Assembly: GCF_026725475.1 (NCBI RefSeq)
Contig: NZ_CP109965.1
Coordinates: 1,333,385 to 1,365,384, forward strand
Reading direction: 5' to 3'
Origin: Catenovulum adriaticum
GTDB lineage: Bacteria; Pseudomonadota; Gammaproteobacteria; Enterobacterales; Alteromonadaceae
Length of the DNA stretch: 32,000 bases
Below are positions 19,450 to 27,392 of the stretch, one piece after another (the stretch's first letter is position 1; the number at the start of each line of letters is the position of its first letter). The translations under genes were made by a program, and so were the position numbers. The notes under the pieces are model-generated. The model did not search any database, was not told the origin of the DNA, and worked only from the letters and a program-made list of their open reading frames with translations.

Positions 19450-20580
19450 ATGAGCTTATTTTATCCGGAAGATTTGAACTACATGGCGAGGGCTATTCGA
19501 TTAGCAGAACGGGGACGATTTACCACATCTCCTAATCCTTGTGTGGGCTGTGTGATTGTAAAAAACAATCAAATTATTGGTGAAGGTTTTCACATTCAAG
19601 CTGGCGGACCCCATGCCGAAATCAATGCACTTACCCAAGTTGAACAAAGCCAAGCCACCGCTCAAGGTGCAACAGCTTACGTAACTTTAGAACCTTGTAG
19701 TCACACAGGAAAAACGCCACCTTGTGCCAGTGCTTTAATTAAAGCAGGCGTCGCGACTGTAATTGTTGGCATGGAAGATCCTAACCCTTTGGTAAGCGGA
19801 CGTGGTATTCAAATGCTACGTGATGCCGGTATTCAAGTGCACCAAGGTTGTTTAGAGTCAGCCTGTAAAAAAATTAATCCGGGCTTTAATAAACGGATGA
19901 CGCATAAGCGTCCCTTTGTTCAGGTTAAATTGGCTTCTAGCTTAGACGGCAGAACAGCAATGGCATCGGGCGAAAGTAAGTGGATAACCAGTTATCAGGC
20001 CAGAAAAGATGTTCAGCTTTACCGTGCGAAAGCTTGTGCTATTCTAACAGGTTCAGGGACTGTTATGGCGGATAACCCGCAAATGAATGTGCGCGAAAGC
20101 GATTTTCCTTTGACTGATTATCCAATAGAAAGTATTCGTCAACCTGCAAAAATTATTATTGATAATCAGTCACAACTGACACCTGATTTAAATATTTTTG
20201 CGAGCGAAACACCTGTTTTTGTCGTTAAAAATAAAATTAAAGTGACACCGCCCCAACAAAATTGGCCTAAACACGTCACTCAGATTGAATTATCAGGTAA
20301 TGACCACAATATTGATTTAACAGCATTAATGCTCGAGTTGGGTGCCTGTCAGATGAACCATATTTGGGTTGAGGCCGGTGCCAAATTAGCAGGTGCATTG
20401 ATTCAGCAAGGGTTAGTTGATGAACTTATAATTTATCAGGCGCCTAAATTAATGGGCGAAAATACGAAAGGTTTATTAGATGTGCCAAATTTAACTGAGC
20501 TAAGCCAAGCCGTTGAATGGCAATATGCAGACGTTCGCCAGATAGGCCCAGATTTAAGATTAACATTAAGAGCCAAATAA
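19450..20580 (+). CDS. ribD: Bifunctional diaminohydroxyphosphoribosylaminopyrimidine deaminase / 5-amino-6-(5-phosphoribosylamino)uracil reductase
   Basis: It has deaminase zinc motifs HAEINAL and PCSHTGKTPPC, plus a C-terminal reductase domain. Confidence 0.95.
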   Translation: MSLFYPEDLNYMARAIRLAERGRFTTSPNPCVGCVIVKNNQIIGEGFHIQAGGPHAEINALTQVEQSQATAQGATAYVTLEPCSHTGKTPPCASALIKAGVATVIVGMEDPNPLVSGRGIQMLRDAGIQVHQGCLESACKKINPGFNKRMTHKRPFVQVKLASSLDGRTAMASGESKWITSYQARKDVQLYRAKACAILTGSGTVMADNPQMNVRESDFPLTDYPIESIRQPAKIIIDNQSQLTPDLNIFASETPVFVVKNKIKVTPPQQNWPKHVTQIELSGNDHNIDLTALMLELGACQMNHIWVEAGAKLAGALIQQGLVDELIIYQAPKLMGENTKGLLDVPNLTELSQAVEWQYADVRQIGPDLRLTLRAK

Positions 20581-20583
20581 CAC

Positions 20584-21234
20584 ATGTTTACAGGTATAAT
20601 TGAAGCAGTTGGAAAGATTCAAGCCATCAACGCCAAAGCGGGTGATTTTGAATTAGTCGTTAATAGTCAATCCCTTGATTTAAATGATGTTAAGTTAGGC
20701 GATAGTATTGCCGTAAGTGGCGTATGTTTAACGGTTACCCATTTTGATTCACAGAGCTTTTCAGCTGATGTGTCAGCGGAAACGATAAAACTAACTAAAT
20801 TAGCCGATTTGTCGGTTGGTTCAGAGGTGAATTTAGAAAAGGCCTGCTTGCCAACTAGTCGCTTAGGTGGCCATATAGTGAGTGGACATGTGGATGGTGT
20901 CGGATATGTTTCTCGCATTACGCCAAATGCCAATGCCATTGATTATTGGATTAGTGCGCCCGCTGAGTTGGCTAAATATATCGCACAAAAAGGCTCTATT
21001 ACTGTGGATGGAATTAGCCTGACCGTAAATGATATTCAAGAGAGTGATTTTAGGTTAACCATTATTCCTCATACAAGTGAAAAAACCACAATTAATGACT
21101 GGCATGTTGGCAGTAAAGTAAATTTAGAAGTTGATGTAATAGCCCGATATCTTGAGCGTTTAATGTCAGCCCCAAGTCAAGTTTCTTCTGGTGTAACTAT
21201 GGAGTTATTGGCTAAAAGTGGATTTATCAAATAA
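20584..21234 (+). CDS. ribE: Riboflavin synthase
   Basis: MFTGIIEAVG start and duplicated lumazine-binding barrel repeats (GDSIAVSGVCLTV / GSITVDGISLTV). Confidence 0.95.
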   Translation: MFTGIIEAVGKIQAINAKAGDFELVVNSQSLDLNDVKLGDSIAVSGVCLTVTHFDSQSFSADVSAETIKLTKLADLSVGSEVNLEKACLPTSRLGGHIVSGHVDGVGYVSRITPNANAIDYWISAPAELAKYIAQKGSITVDGISLTVNDIQESDFRLTIIPHTSEKTTINDWHVGSKVNLEVDVIARYLERLMSAPSQVSSGVTMELLAKSGFIK

Positions 21235-21246
21235 GGTACAAGATTA

Positions 21247-22359
21247 ATGAAATTGAACACAGCTGCAGAAATAATTGAAGATATCCAGCAGGGTAAAATT
21301 GTTATATTAATGGATGATGAAGACAGAGAAAACGAAGGCGATATGATAGTTGCAGCGCAGCATTGTACCCCACAAGCAATTAACTTTATGGCGACTCATG
21401 GGCGTGGTTTAATTTGTTTAACGCTGACTAAAGACCGTTGCCAGCAACTTGATTTACCTTTAATGGTAGATCGTAATCAAGCTCAATTTGGTACTAATTT
21501 TACGTTGTCTATTGAAGCAGCCACCGGTGTAACAACAGGGATATCAGCGGCAGATCGTTCAACCACGGTTAGAGCCGCGGTCGCACGCGATGCAAAACCA
21601 GAAGATATTGTACAACCGGGTCATATTTTTCCGATTATGGCGCAAGAAGGTGGCGTGTTAAATAGAGCCGGACATACAGAAGCAGGCTGCGATTTAGCAC
21701 GTTTGGCTGGGTTGGAACCAGCTGGTGTTATCGTCGAAATTTTAAATGAAGACGGTACTATGTCGCGCCGGCCCGAGCTTGAAAAATTTGCACAAAAGCA
21801 TGATTTAAAAATTGGTACTATTGCTGATTTAATTGAATACAGAAACAATACAGAAACTACAATTGAAAAAATTGCAGAATGCAAATTACCAACTGAGTTT
21901 GGTGAATTTGACTTAATTACCTTTAAAGATACGATCGATGGTCAGGTACATTTTGCATTAAAAAATACTGAGCTAACGCCTGATAAACCCAGTTTAGTAA
22001 GGGTTCATGTTAAAGATATTTTGGCTGATTTATTAGGCTCAACCCGAGACGAAAGCAAAAATTGGACGCTGAGTCGCTCACTGGAACGAATTGCTCAAGA
22101 AGGTGGTGTGTTGCTGTTATTGGGTAAAAATGAAACGCCAGAAGAGTTAATGGCTAAAGTGAGCGGATATCAGCTTGAAGATGAAGGCAAACCAGTCCGT
22201 CGAATCGATAGCTGGCAACAGACGTCTCGCACCGTCGGTGTCGGCTCGCAAATATTATCGGCGTTAAATGTTGGCAAAATGCGTTTATTGAGCTCACAAA
22301 AAAAATATCATTCTTTAGCCGGTTTCGGTTTAGAAGTAGTTGAATACGTTGACGAATAG
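21247..22359 (+). CDS. ribB: 3,4-dihydroxy-2-butanone-4-phosphate synthase fused to a degenerate GTP cyclohydrolase II-like domain (RibBX-type)
   Basis: The N-terminal half has DHBPS motifs ([29 protein letters not shown]). The C-terminal half aligns with GCHII, but the zinc-Cys region reads [23 protein letters not shown] and contains no cysteine. Confidence 0.85.
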   Translation: MKLNTAAEIIEDIQQGKIVILMDDEDRENEGDMIVAAQHCTPQAINFMATHGRGLICLTLTKDRCQQLDLPLMVDRNQAQFGTNFTLSIEAATGVTTGISAADRSTTVRAAVARDAKPEDIVQPGHIFPIMAQEGGVLNRAGHTEAGCDLARLAGLEPAGVIVEILNEDGTMSRRPELEKFAQKHDLKIGTIADLIEYRNNTETTIEKIAECKLPTEFGEFDLITFKDTIDGQVHFALKNTELTPDKPSLVRVHVKDILADLLGSTRDESKNWTLSRSLERIAQEGGVLLLLGKNETPEELMAKVSGYQLEDEGKPVRRIDSWQQTSRTVGVGSQILSALNVGKMRLLSSQKKYHSLAGFGLEVVEYVDE

Positions 22360-22480
22360 TCTTTTTTGGCTAATTCGACATTTATTTTTGTATTTCACCA
22401 TTAAATATTCACAGGTTGGGGCAAATTTTTGTTAGAATTAGCGCCAATTTTTACAGCACAAATTTTAAGGTAATTATCTG

Positions 22481-22945
22481 ATGCAAGTTATTGAAGGTGC
22501 ATTTTCAGCACAAGGTAAAAAGTTTGCCATTGTGGTATCTCGTTTTAATAGTTTTATTGTTGAAAGTTTAGTCGAAGGCGCAATTGATACATTAAAACGT
22601 CATGGTCAGGTTGAAGACAAAGACATTACGATTATTCGTTGTCCTGGTGCTTATGAATTACCTTTAGTGGCCAAAAAAGTTGCTGAGACAAAAAATTATG
22701 ATGCGATTATTGCATTGGGTGCCGTTATTCGTGGTGGTACACCGCATTTTGATTTTGTTGCCAACGAATGTAACAAAGGCCTAGCTCAAGTTTCTTTAGA
22801 TTTTGGTTTACCAGTGGCTTTTGGGGTATTAACCACAGATTCAATTGAACAAACGATAGAACGAGCAGGCACAAAAATGGGCAATAAAGGTGGCGAAGCT
22901 GCTTTAAGTGCATTAGAAATGGTCAATTTAGTTAGCCAATTATAA
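22481..22945 (+). CDS. ribH: 6,7-dimethyl-8-ribityllumazine synthase
   Basis: 154 aa, collinear with E. coli RibH ([59 protein letters not shown]). Confidence 0.95.
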   Translation: MQVIEGAFSAQGKKFAIVVSRFNSFIVESLVEGAIDTLKRHGQVEDKDITIIRCPGAYELPLVAKKVAETKNYDAIIALGAVIRGGTPHFDFVANECNKGLAQVSLDFGLPVAFGVLTTDSIEQTIERAGTKMGNKGGEAALSALEMVNLVSQL

Positions 22946-22967
22946 TTGCATTGCTCAGGAGTTCAGT

Positions 22968-23387
22968 TTGAAACCTTCACACCGCAGACGATCGAGAGAA
23001 TTAGCGACCCAATCAATTTATGGATGGCAAATCTCTAAAAATATGATTAAAGATATTATTGAAAGCACAATAGATGAAACCGATCTTAAAAGCTTTGATG
23101 TTAACTTTTATCGTAATTTAGTATTAGGCACAGCGCAAAATTCAGGTGATTTAGATAAAGCTTACGCTGAGTATTTAGCGCGTGACCTTGAAGAACTCGA
23201 TATGGTTGAAAAAGCTATATTGCGAGTGGCAGTATTTGAATTAGTACATTGTCCAGAAGTGCCGTATAGAGTTGTGATTAACGAAGCTATTGAAATATCA
23301 AAAACATTTGGCGCAGATGAAAGCCATAAATTTGTTAATGGTGTTTTAGATAAAGCCGTTAAAAAACTTCGTCCGCACGGAAAATAA
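22968..23387 (+). CDS. nusB: Transcription antitermination factor NusB
   Basis: TTG start with an AGGAG 7 nt upstream. MKPSHRRRSRELATQSIYGWQ and the C-terminus ISKTFGADESHKFVNGVLDK match E. coli NusB. Confidence 0.93.
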   Translation: MKPSHRRRSRELATQSIYGWQISKNMIKDIIESTIDETDLKSFDVNFYRNLVLGTAQNSGDLDKAYAEYLARDLEELDMVEKAILRVAVFELVHCPEVPYRVVINEAIEISKTFGADESHKFVNGVLDKAVKKLRPHGK

Positions 23388-23402
23388 AGCGTTAAATGAT
23401 TT

Positions 23403-24380
23403 ATGGCTGAATTTGATTTAATTAATCGTTATTTTAAAGTTGGCCAAACGCCACAAAGTGTCAAATTAGATAAAGGGGATGACTGCGCGTTAGTTGTCCC
23501 TAATTTTGAACTCACTAACGCTTCTTTAGCGATCACCACAGATACCCTAAATAGTGGTACCCATTTTTTACCTGATATTCATCCGCACGCATTGGCTTAT
23601 CGTTGTTTAGCCACTAATTTAAGTGATCTAGCAGCAATGGGGGCAAAACCTAAGTGGTTTAGTTTAGCGTTAAGTTTGCCTAAAGCTCTTAGTGATAATC
23701 AAACCTGGCTCGCTCAATTTAGCGAAGGGCTATTTGAGTTGGCAAATGAACATCATATTCATCTAATTGGTGGAGATACTACTTCTGGGCCTTTAAGCAT
23801 CACAATTAATGCAATGGGTGAAGTTGATCATCAAAAAGCACACAAACGTTCTGGCGCCAAAGCACAAGATAAAATATTTGTCTCAGGTACCTTAGGAGAT
23901 GCTGCAGGCGCATTAGAAATTTTGTTGAAAAAGACAAAAGCCAAAACACAAAACATTCAAGAGGCTTTATTAGCTCGTTTTAATTATCCAACTGCCAGAG
24001 TCGAGTTAGGTACTCGGTTATTAGGACTTGCGAGTAGTGCGATTGATATATCCGATGGGCTATTAGCTGATTTACAGCATATTTTAAAAGCGTCTGGTGT
24101 TGGAGCCTGCATTGACATAGCAAAACTACCTTGTTCTGAGGCGCTATTAGCGCAGTTTTCCGCAGCGAAAGCTCAGCAATTGGCAGCAACGGGGGGAGAC
24201 GACTATGAGCTATGTTTTACCGTACCCGCAGATAACGTAAATGAGTTAAATCAACTCAGCCAACAACTTGATTTACCGTTAACTTGTGTTGGCGAAATAA
24301 GTTCCGACAAATCATTTGTGGTTAATCATAATAATAAGCCAACTCAACTCAGCCAAACAGGATATCAACATTTTGTCTAA
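23403..24380 (+). CDS. thiL: Thiamine-monophosphate kinase
   Basis: Motifs EFDLINRYF, GDDCALV, AITTDTLNSGTHF, NLSDLAAMGAKP, IGGDTTSGPL and GGDDYELCFTVP are collinear with E. coli ThiL. Confidence 0.93.
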   Translation: MAEFDLINRYFKVGQTPQSVKLDKGDDCALVVPNFELTNASLAITTDTLNSGTHFLPDIHPHALAYRCLATNLSDLAAMGAKPKWFSLALSLPKALSDNQTWLAQFSEGLFELANEHHIHLIGGDTTSGPLSITINAMGEVDHQKAHKRSGAKAQDKIFVSGTLGDAAGALEILLKKTKAKTQNIQEALLARFNYPTARVELGTRLLGLASSAIDISDGLLADLQHILKASGVGACIDIAKLPCSEALLAQFSAAKAQQLAATGGDDYELCFTVPADNVNELNQLSQQLDLPLTCVGEISSDKSFVVNHNNKPTQLSQTGYQHFV

Positions 24381-24891
24381 ATTTTCGATTCGTCCAGAAT
24401 TTAAAACTATTAATTGTCTTCATCCGGTTCATATTTTAGCATTTGGTTTTGGCTCAGGTTTAGCGCCAAAAGCGCCTGGTACATTTGGCACGTTAGCGGC
24501 AATTCCTTTATTTTTAATTTTGAGTTTATTTTCGACCCCAGTTTATTTTGCGGTCACCCTATTTTTTATGTTAATAGGGCCTTGGATTTGTGGTTATGCA
24601 GCACGCTCGTTAAATGTACATGATCACCCTGGTATTGTTTGGGATGAAATAGTTGGTTTGTTAATTGCCCTTTTTTTGTTTCCGCCAACTTGGTTAAATA
24701 TCGTTTTAGGTTTTGCCTTATTTCGCCTTTTTGATATTTTAAAACCTTGGCCGATTAGTTGGTTCGACAAAAATATGCATGGTGGCTTTGGCATTATGAT
24801 TGATGATGTGATTGCGGGTTTTATGGCTTGGTTTTCACTGTATTTAATCAACCACTATTTGATTAACCTTAACCTAATTGCTTTAACTTAA
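24373..24891 (+). CDS. pgpA: Phosphatidylglycerophosphatase A
   Basis: It has the conserved core HILAFGFGSGLAPKAPGTFGTLAAIP and DHPGIVWDEIVG. There is no ATG upstream of the core. A TTG at 24373 overlaps the thiL stop and gives an N-terminus of E. coli-like length. The TTG at 24316 in the ORF track is the alternative. Confidence 0.85.
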   Translation: MSKFSIRPEFKTINCLHPVHILAFGFGSGLAPKAPGTFGTLAAIPLFLILSLFSTPVYFAVTLFFMLIGPWICGYAARSLNVHDHPGIVWDEIVGLLIALFLFPPTWLNIVLGFALFRLFDILKPWPISWFDKNMHGGFGIMIDDVIAGFMAWFSLYLINHYLINLNLIALT

Positions 24892-24913
24892 CTCAGCGTA
24901 GCTAATTCACGAT

Positions 24914-25756
24914 ATGATAGAATTAACCGCCATTGATTATAACGGACCAGAAGCGGCCGAACGATTTGTTGAATCACTTAAACAAACAGGCTTTGGAGTG
25001 CTTAAAAATCACCCGTTATCAAAAAATTTAGTTCAAGATTTATATCTGCAATGGCAGCAATTTTTTGATTCAACTCATAAATATGATTTTGAATTTACTC
25101 AGCCTAAACAAGATGGATTTTTTTCAACTAACAAAGCTGAAACTGCCAAAGGCGCACAATATCAAGATTTAAAAGAATACTTTCATTATTACCCTTGGGG
25201 TCAATGTCCGGAAGACTTAACGCAAATAACACTGGATTATTATCAAAAAGCTAATCGGTTAGCACAAACATTATTAACTTGGGTTGAAGCGGAATCTCCA
25301 AATATTGTTTCAAAGCATTATACTCAGCCCTTATCTAGCATGATTGAAAATAGCGAAAATACTTTACTGCGTATTTTGCATTATCCCCCTCTTAAAAAAG
25401 ATCAAACCATTGGTGCAATAAGAGCCGCCGCCCACGAAGACATTAATTTATTAACGGTTTTACCTGCTGCTAATGAGCCAGGCTTACAAGTTAAAACTTT
25501 AACGGGGGAGTGGCTTGATGTACCCAGTGATTTTGGTTATATAATTATTAATACTGGCGATATGTTACAAGAAGCTTCAAATGGCTACTTTCCGTCTACA
25601 ACCCATAGAGTTATCAACCCAACGGGAGCAGGACAAACCCAATCGCGCATATCAATGCCACTTTTTTTACATGCCCGGCCAGATGTAAAATTATCAGATA
25701 GATATACAGCTCAGAGTTACTTAATAGAGCGTTTAACAGAACTCGGGGTTTTGTAA
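24914..25756 (+). CDS. 2-oxoglutarate/Fe(II)-dependent oxygenase (isopenicillin N synthase-like family), substrate unknown
   Basis: 280 aa. It has the facial-triad HxD (AAAHEDINLLTV), a distal His (PSTTHRV) and an RxS 2OG-binding motif (SRISMPLF). Confidence 0.8.
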   Translation: MIELTAIDYNGPEAAERFVESLKQTGFGVLKNHPLSKNLVQDLYLQWQQFFDSTHKYDFEFTQPKQDGFFSTNKAETAKGAQYQDLKEYFHYYPWGQCPEDLTQITLDYYQKANRLAQTLLTWVEAESPNIVSKHYTQPLSSMIENSENTLLRILHYPPLKKDQTIGAIRAAAHEDINLLTVLPAANEPGLQVKTLTGEWLDVPSDFGYIIINTGDMLQEASNGYFPSTTHRVINPTGAGQTQSRISMPLFLHARPDVKLSDRYTAQSYLIERLTELGVL

Positions 25757-25765
25757 ACTTTATAG

Positions 25766-26275
25766 CAATCGTGATTTATTCATATATCAATGTTATACAA
25801 AAGCCGAAGACAGAGGGTTCAGGTAGCAGCGATTTTACATCGCGTGAAAACACGTAATCAGGTTAATTTATACATGCAAAGCTTTAAAAACGCGGGGTAA
25901 ACCCGCTGCTACGGGCTAGGTTATGGTGTCTGGTTCATGTATCAATATTATACAAAAGCCGAAGACAGACGGTTCAGGTAGCAGCGATTTTATATCGCGT
26001 GAAAACACGTAATTAGGTTAATTTATACATGCAAAGCTTTAAAAACGCGGGGTAAACCCGCTGCTACGGGCTAGGTTATGGTGTCTGGTTCACGTAACGC
26101 GATTTATTCATGTATTAATGTGATAAAAAAGGGCCCGAAGGCCCAAGGGTGTTAAGATGGTTCAGGTAGCAGCGATTTTACATCGCGTGAAAACATGTAA
26201 TCAGGCTAATTTATAACATGCAAAGCTTTAAAAACGCGGGGGAAACCCGCTGCCACTAAGCGATTTTTATGACTG
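25766..26275. repeat. Tandem array of about 3.2 structured repeat units (periods 155 and 188 bp) between convergent genes, running into the sulA 3' end
   Basis: The core GGTTCAGGTAGCAGCGATTTTACATCGCGTGAAAACACGTAATCAGGTTAATTTATACATGCAAAGCTTTAAAAACGCGGGGTAAACCCGCTGCTACGGGCTAGGTTATGGTGTCTGGTTCA starts at 25816, 25971 and 26159. Copies 1 and 2 differ at only 2 positions; copy 3 is more diverged. Each unit contains the hairpins GCGGG-n5-CCCGC and CGTG-aaaa-CACG, plus a long-range stem GTAGCAGCG/CGCTGCTAC. Confidence 0.9.
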
Positions 26276-26681
26276 TATTATTGGTTGAGTTACGCTTAGA
26301 TCCTGTTGGTTTAATCATAATACAAGCTGCATTTGAACTTTGAGCTGTTTCGATTAAGCTGTTTCTTTCAGCTTTTTCTAATTCATCAAACCAAGCTACC
26401 ACAGCACAGCATTTTCCTAACTTTAAGGCTTTTTCAGATATTTTGGCAATGTTGTCATTTGCGTGCGGATGTATAACTAACATTCTGTTTAGTTGAATAC
26501 CAGCTTGCGCTAAACGCTGTTTACTTGGCATTTTTTTTGGTGCGACAACACAAAGCCAGCGGTTATCTTCTTGTAGCCTTGCAATACCAGCCCAAAATCG
26601 CATTTCAAATAGATCACTAGTCGAGTTAGTCGAAAAGAAACGAGTATTTCTTACAGCATCAGTCAATATATAGGTATTCAT
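26256..26681 (-). CDS. sulA: SOS cell division inhibitor SulA
   Basis: 141 aa. The segment NRWLCVVAPKKMPSKQRLAQAGIQLNRMLVIHPHANDNIAKISEKALKLGKCCAVVAWFDELEKAERNSLIETAQSSNAACIMIKP aligns along its length with E. coli SulA ([31 protein letters not shown]...[22 protein letters not shown]...AANEGNAMGFIMRP). LexA boxes lie upstream. Confidence 0.85.
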   Translation of the reverse strand: MNTYILTDAVRNTRFFSTNSTSDLFEMRFWAGIARLQEDNRWLCVVAPKKMPSKQRLAQAGIQLNRMLVIHPHANDNIAKISEKALKLGKCCAVVAWFDELEKAERNSLIETAQSSNAACIMIKPTGSKRNSTNNTVIKIA

Positions 26682-26705
26682 TGTTAGTTATCCATACAGT
26701 GTTGT

Positions 26706-26741
26706 GTGTATGGATATACAGTATACTGGTTTTTTATACAG
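26706..26741 (-). promoter_or_regulatory. Two adjacent LexA (SOS) boxes in the sulA promoter
   Basis: Read on the minus strand, 26741-26726 is CTGTATAAAAAACCAG (CTGT-N8-CCAG). 26721-26706 is CTGTATATCCATACAC (CTGT-N8-ACAC), embedded in TACTGTATATCCATACAC, which resembles the E. coli sulA operator TACTGTACATCCATACAGTA. The boxes are 25-60 nt upstream of the sulA ATG. Confidence 0.75.
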
Positions 26742-26988
26742 GTCAACTTTAATATACAAAAAAGTTTAAATAAAAAGCAATTTTAAGGTTTTTGTTGAAA
26801 TAATAATTTTCTATGCTAGATAGCGGGTTATGTTTAAAATTATTTAAAAACAATAGGTTAAATTTAGTTTTATTAATAAGTTGTATTGAGAGATATCATT
26901 GAGAAAATAATTTTAATCATGCTTTTGAATTTTTATAAACCCATTTATATACATAGCTATATTTAAATGACTGTATATAAACTTAATT

Positions 26989-27233
26989 AACCTCAACTCG
27001 GTTTAATCAATATGTATCAAACGGCGTTTTTTCTCGGGGACTGTGTTAAATTCCTTTGCATACAACCCTATGGGTGGGGGAGACAGTGCGATGCCGGAAC
27101 CAAAGCCGAGGCTAGCTATTGACGCGTTAATTTACCTTATCCACGCAAAGAAATCTCGTTAAAAACCATGCAAGGCTGTAAGATTAAACAATTCAATTAG
27201 TTAGAATACAACACCTTAACCCGAGTTGTGGTT
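26989..27233. mobile_element. MITE-like nonautonomous element bounded by imperfect terminal inverted repeats
   Basis: The left end is AACCTCAACTCGGTTTAA (26989-27006). The right end, reverse-complemented, is AACCACAACTCGGGTTAAGGTG (27213-27233), giving 16/18 matching positions. The interior is 206 bp, noticeably more GC-rich than its surroundings, and contains no credible ORF. Related solo copies lie at 16273 and 27436. Confidence 0.5.
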
Positions 27234-27353
27234 AGTTAGCGTAATGCGATTTTATGACTTTGAGCATCATCCGGAGTTTGGATTGAACTGAATAAGTTAG
27301 CTTTTCAAATACAGCAGCCTGCTGTAAATTGCAGTGTAACCATATGCCGTGTT

Positions 27354-27392
27354 AGAAATATCTTAGTTAGATTGCTAAATCTAACTATTTCT
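27354..27392 (+). other. Long imperfect hairpin upstream of the DCC-family gene
   Basis: In AGAAATA-tctt-AGTTAGATT-gcta-AATCTAACT-ATTTCT there are about 15 paired positions with one 4-nt bulge. It lies 66 nt upstream of the ATG at 27458. Confidence 0.5.

Noticed and set aside
21235-22480. An FMN (RFN) riboswitch controlling ribBA or ribH
   Set aside because: The ribE-ribBA gap is 12 nt. The 121-nt ribBA-ribH gap is AT-rich and lacks the conserved RFN core segments. No RFN-like sequence lies upstream of nrdR or ribD either.
25766-26275. The tandem repeats as a CRISPR array or an integron attC/cassette array
   Set aside because: The units are 155-188 bp and directly abut, with no unique spacers. 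There is no cas gene or intI integrase in the window. The units lack the R''/R' (RYYYAAC...GTTRRRY) boundaries of attC sites.
25766-26275. The tandem repeats as type I toxin-antitoxin loci (Sib/Ibs- or Ldr-like)
   Set aside because: I translated both strands of the units. The only recurring ORFs are MQSFKNAG (8 aa, extended to 13 aa in copy 3) and a junction-spanning ORF of about 25-29 aa that is hydrophilic and not conserved between junctions. There is no hydrophobic toxin-like peptide.
26813-26902. A 29-aa ORF (MLDSGLCLKLFKNNRLNLVLLISCIERYH) divergent from sulA, near the LexA boxes, as a TisB-like SOS toxin
   Set aside because: There is no Shine-Dalgarno sequence and no clear promoter. The peptide is only moderately hydrophobic with no convincing TM helix. 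It cannot be supported without conservation or ribosome-profiling data.
27012-27122. A 36-aa ORF (MYQTAFFLGDCVKFLCIQPYGWGRQCDAGTKAEASY) inside the MITE-like element
   Set aside because: It has no SD and lies inside a repeat-bounded element. There is no supporting similarity. It is probably fortuitous.
27007-27212. The interior of the MITE-like element as a known structured RNA (group II intron 5' end because of GTGCG, a c-di-GMP-I riboswitch because of ACGCAAAG, SRP, 6S or RNase P RNA)
   Set aside because: Only isolated short motif matches exist. It is too short for a group II intron and lacks a domain V. There is no GEMM P1/P2 architecture and no match to the remembered SRP, 6S or RNase P sequences.
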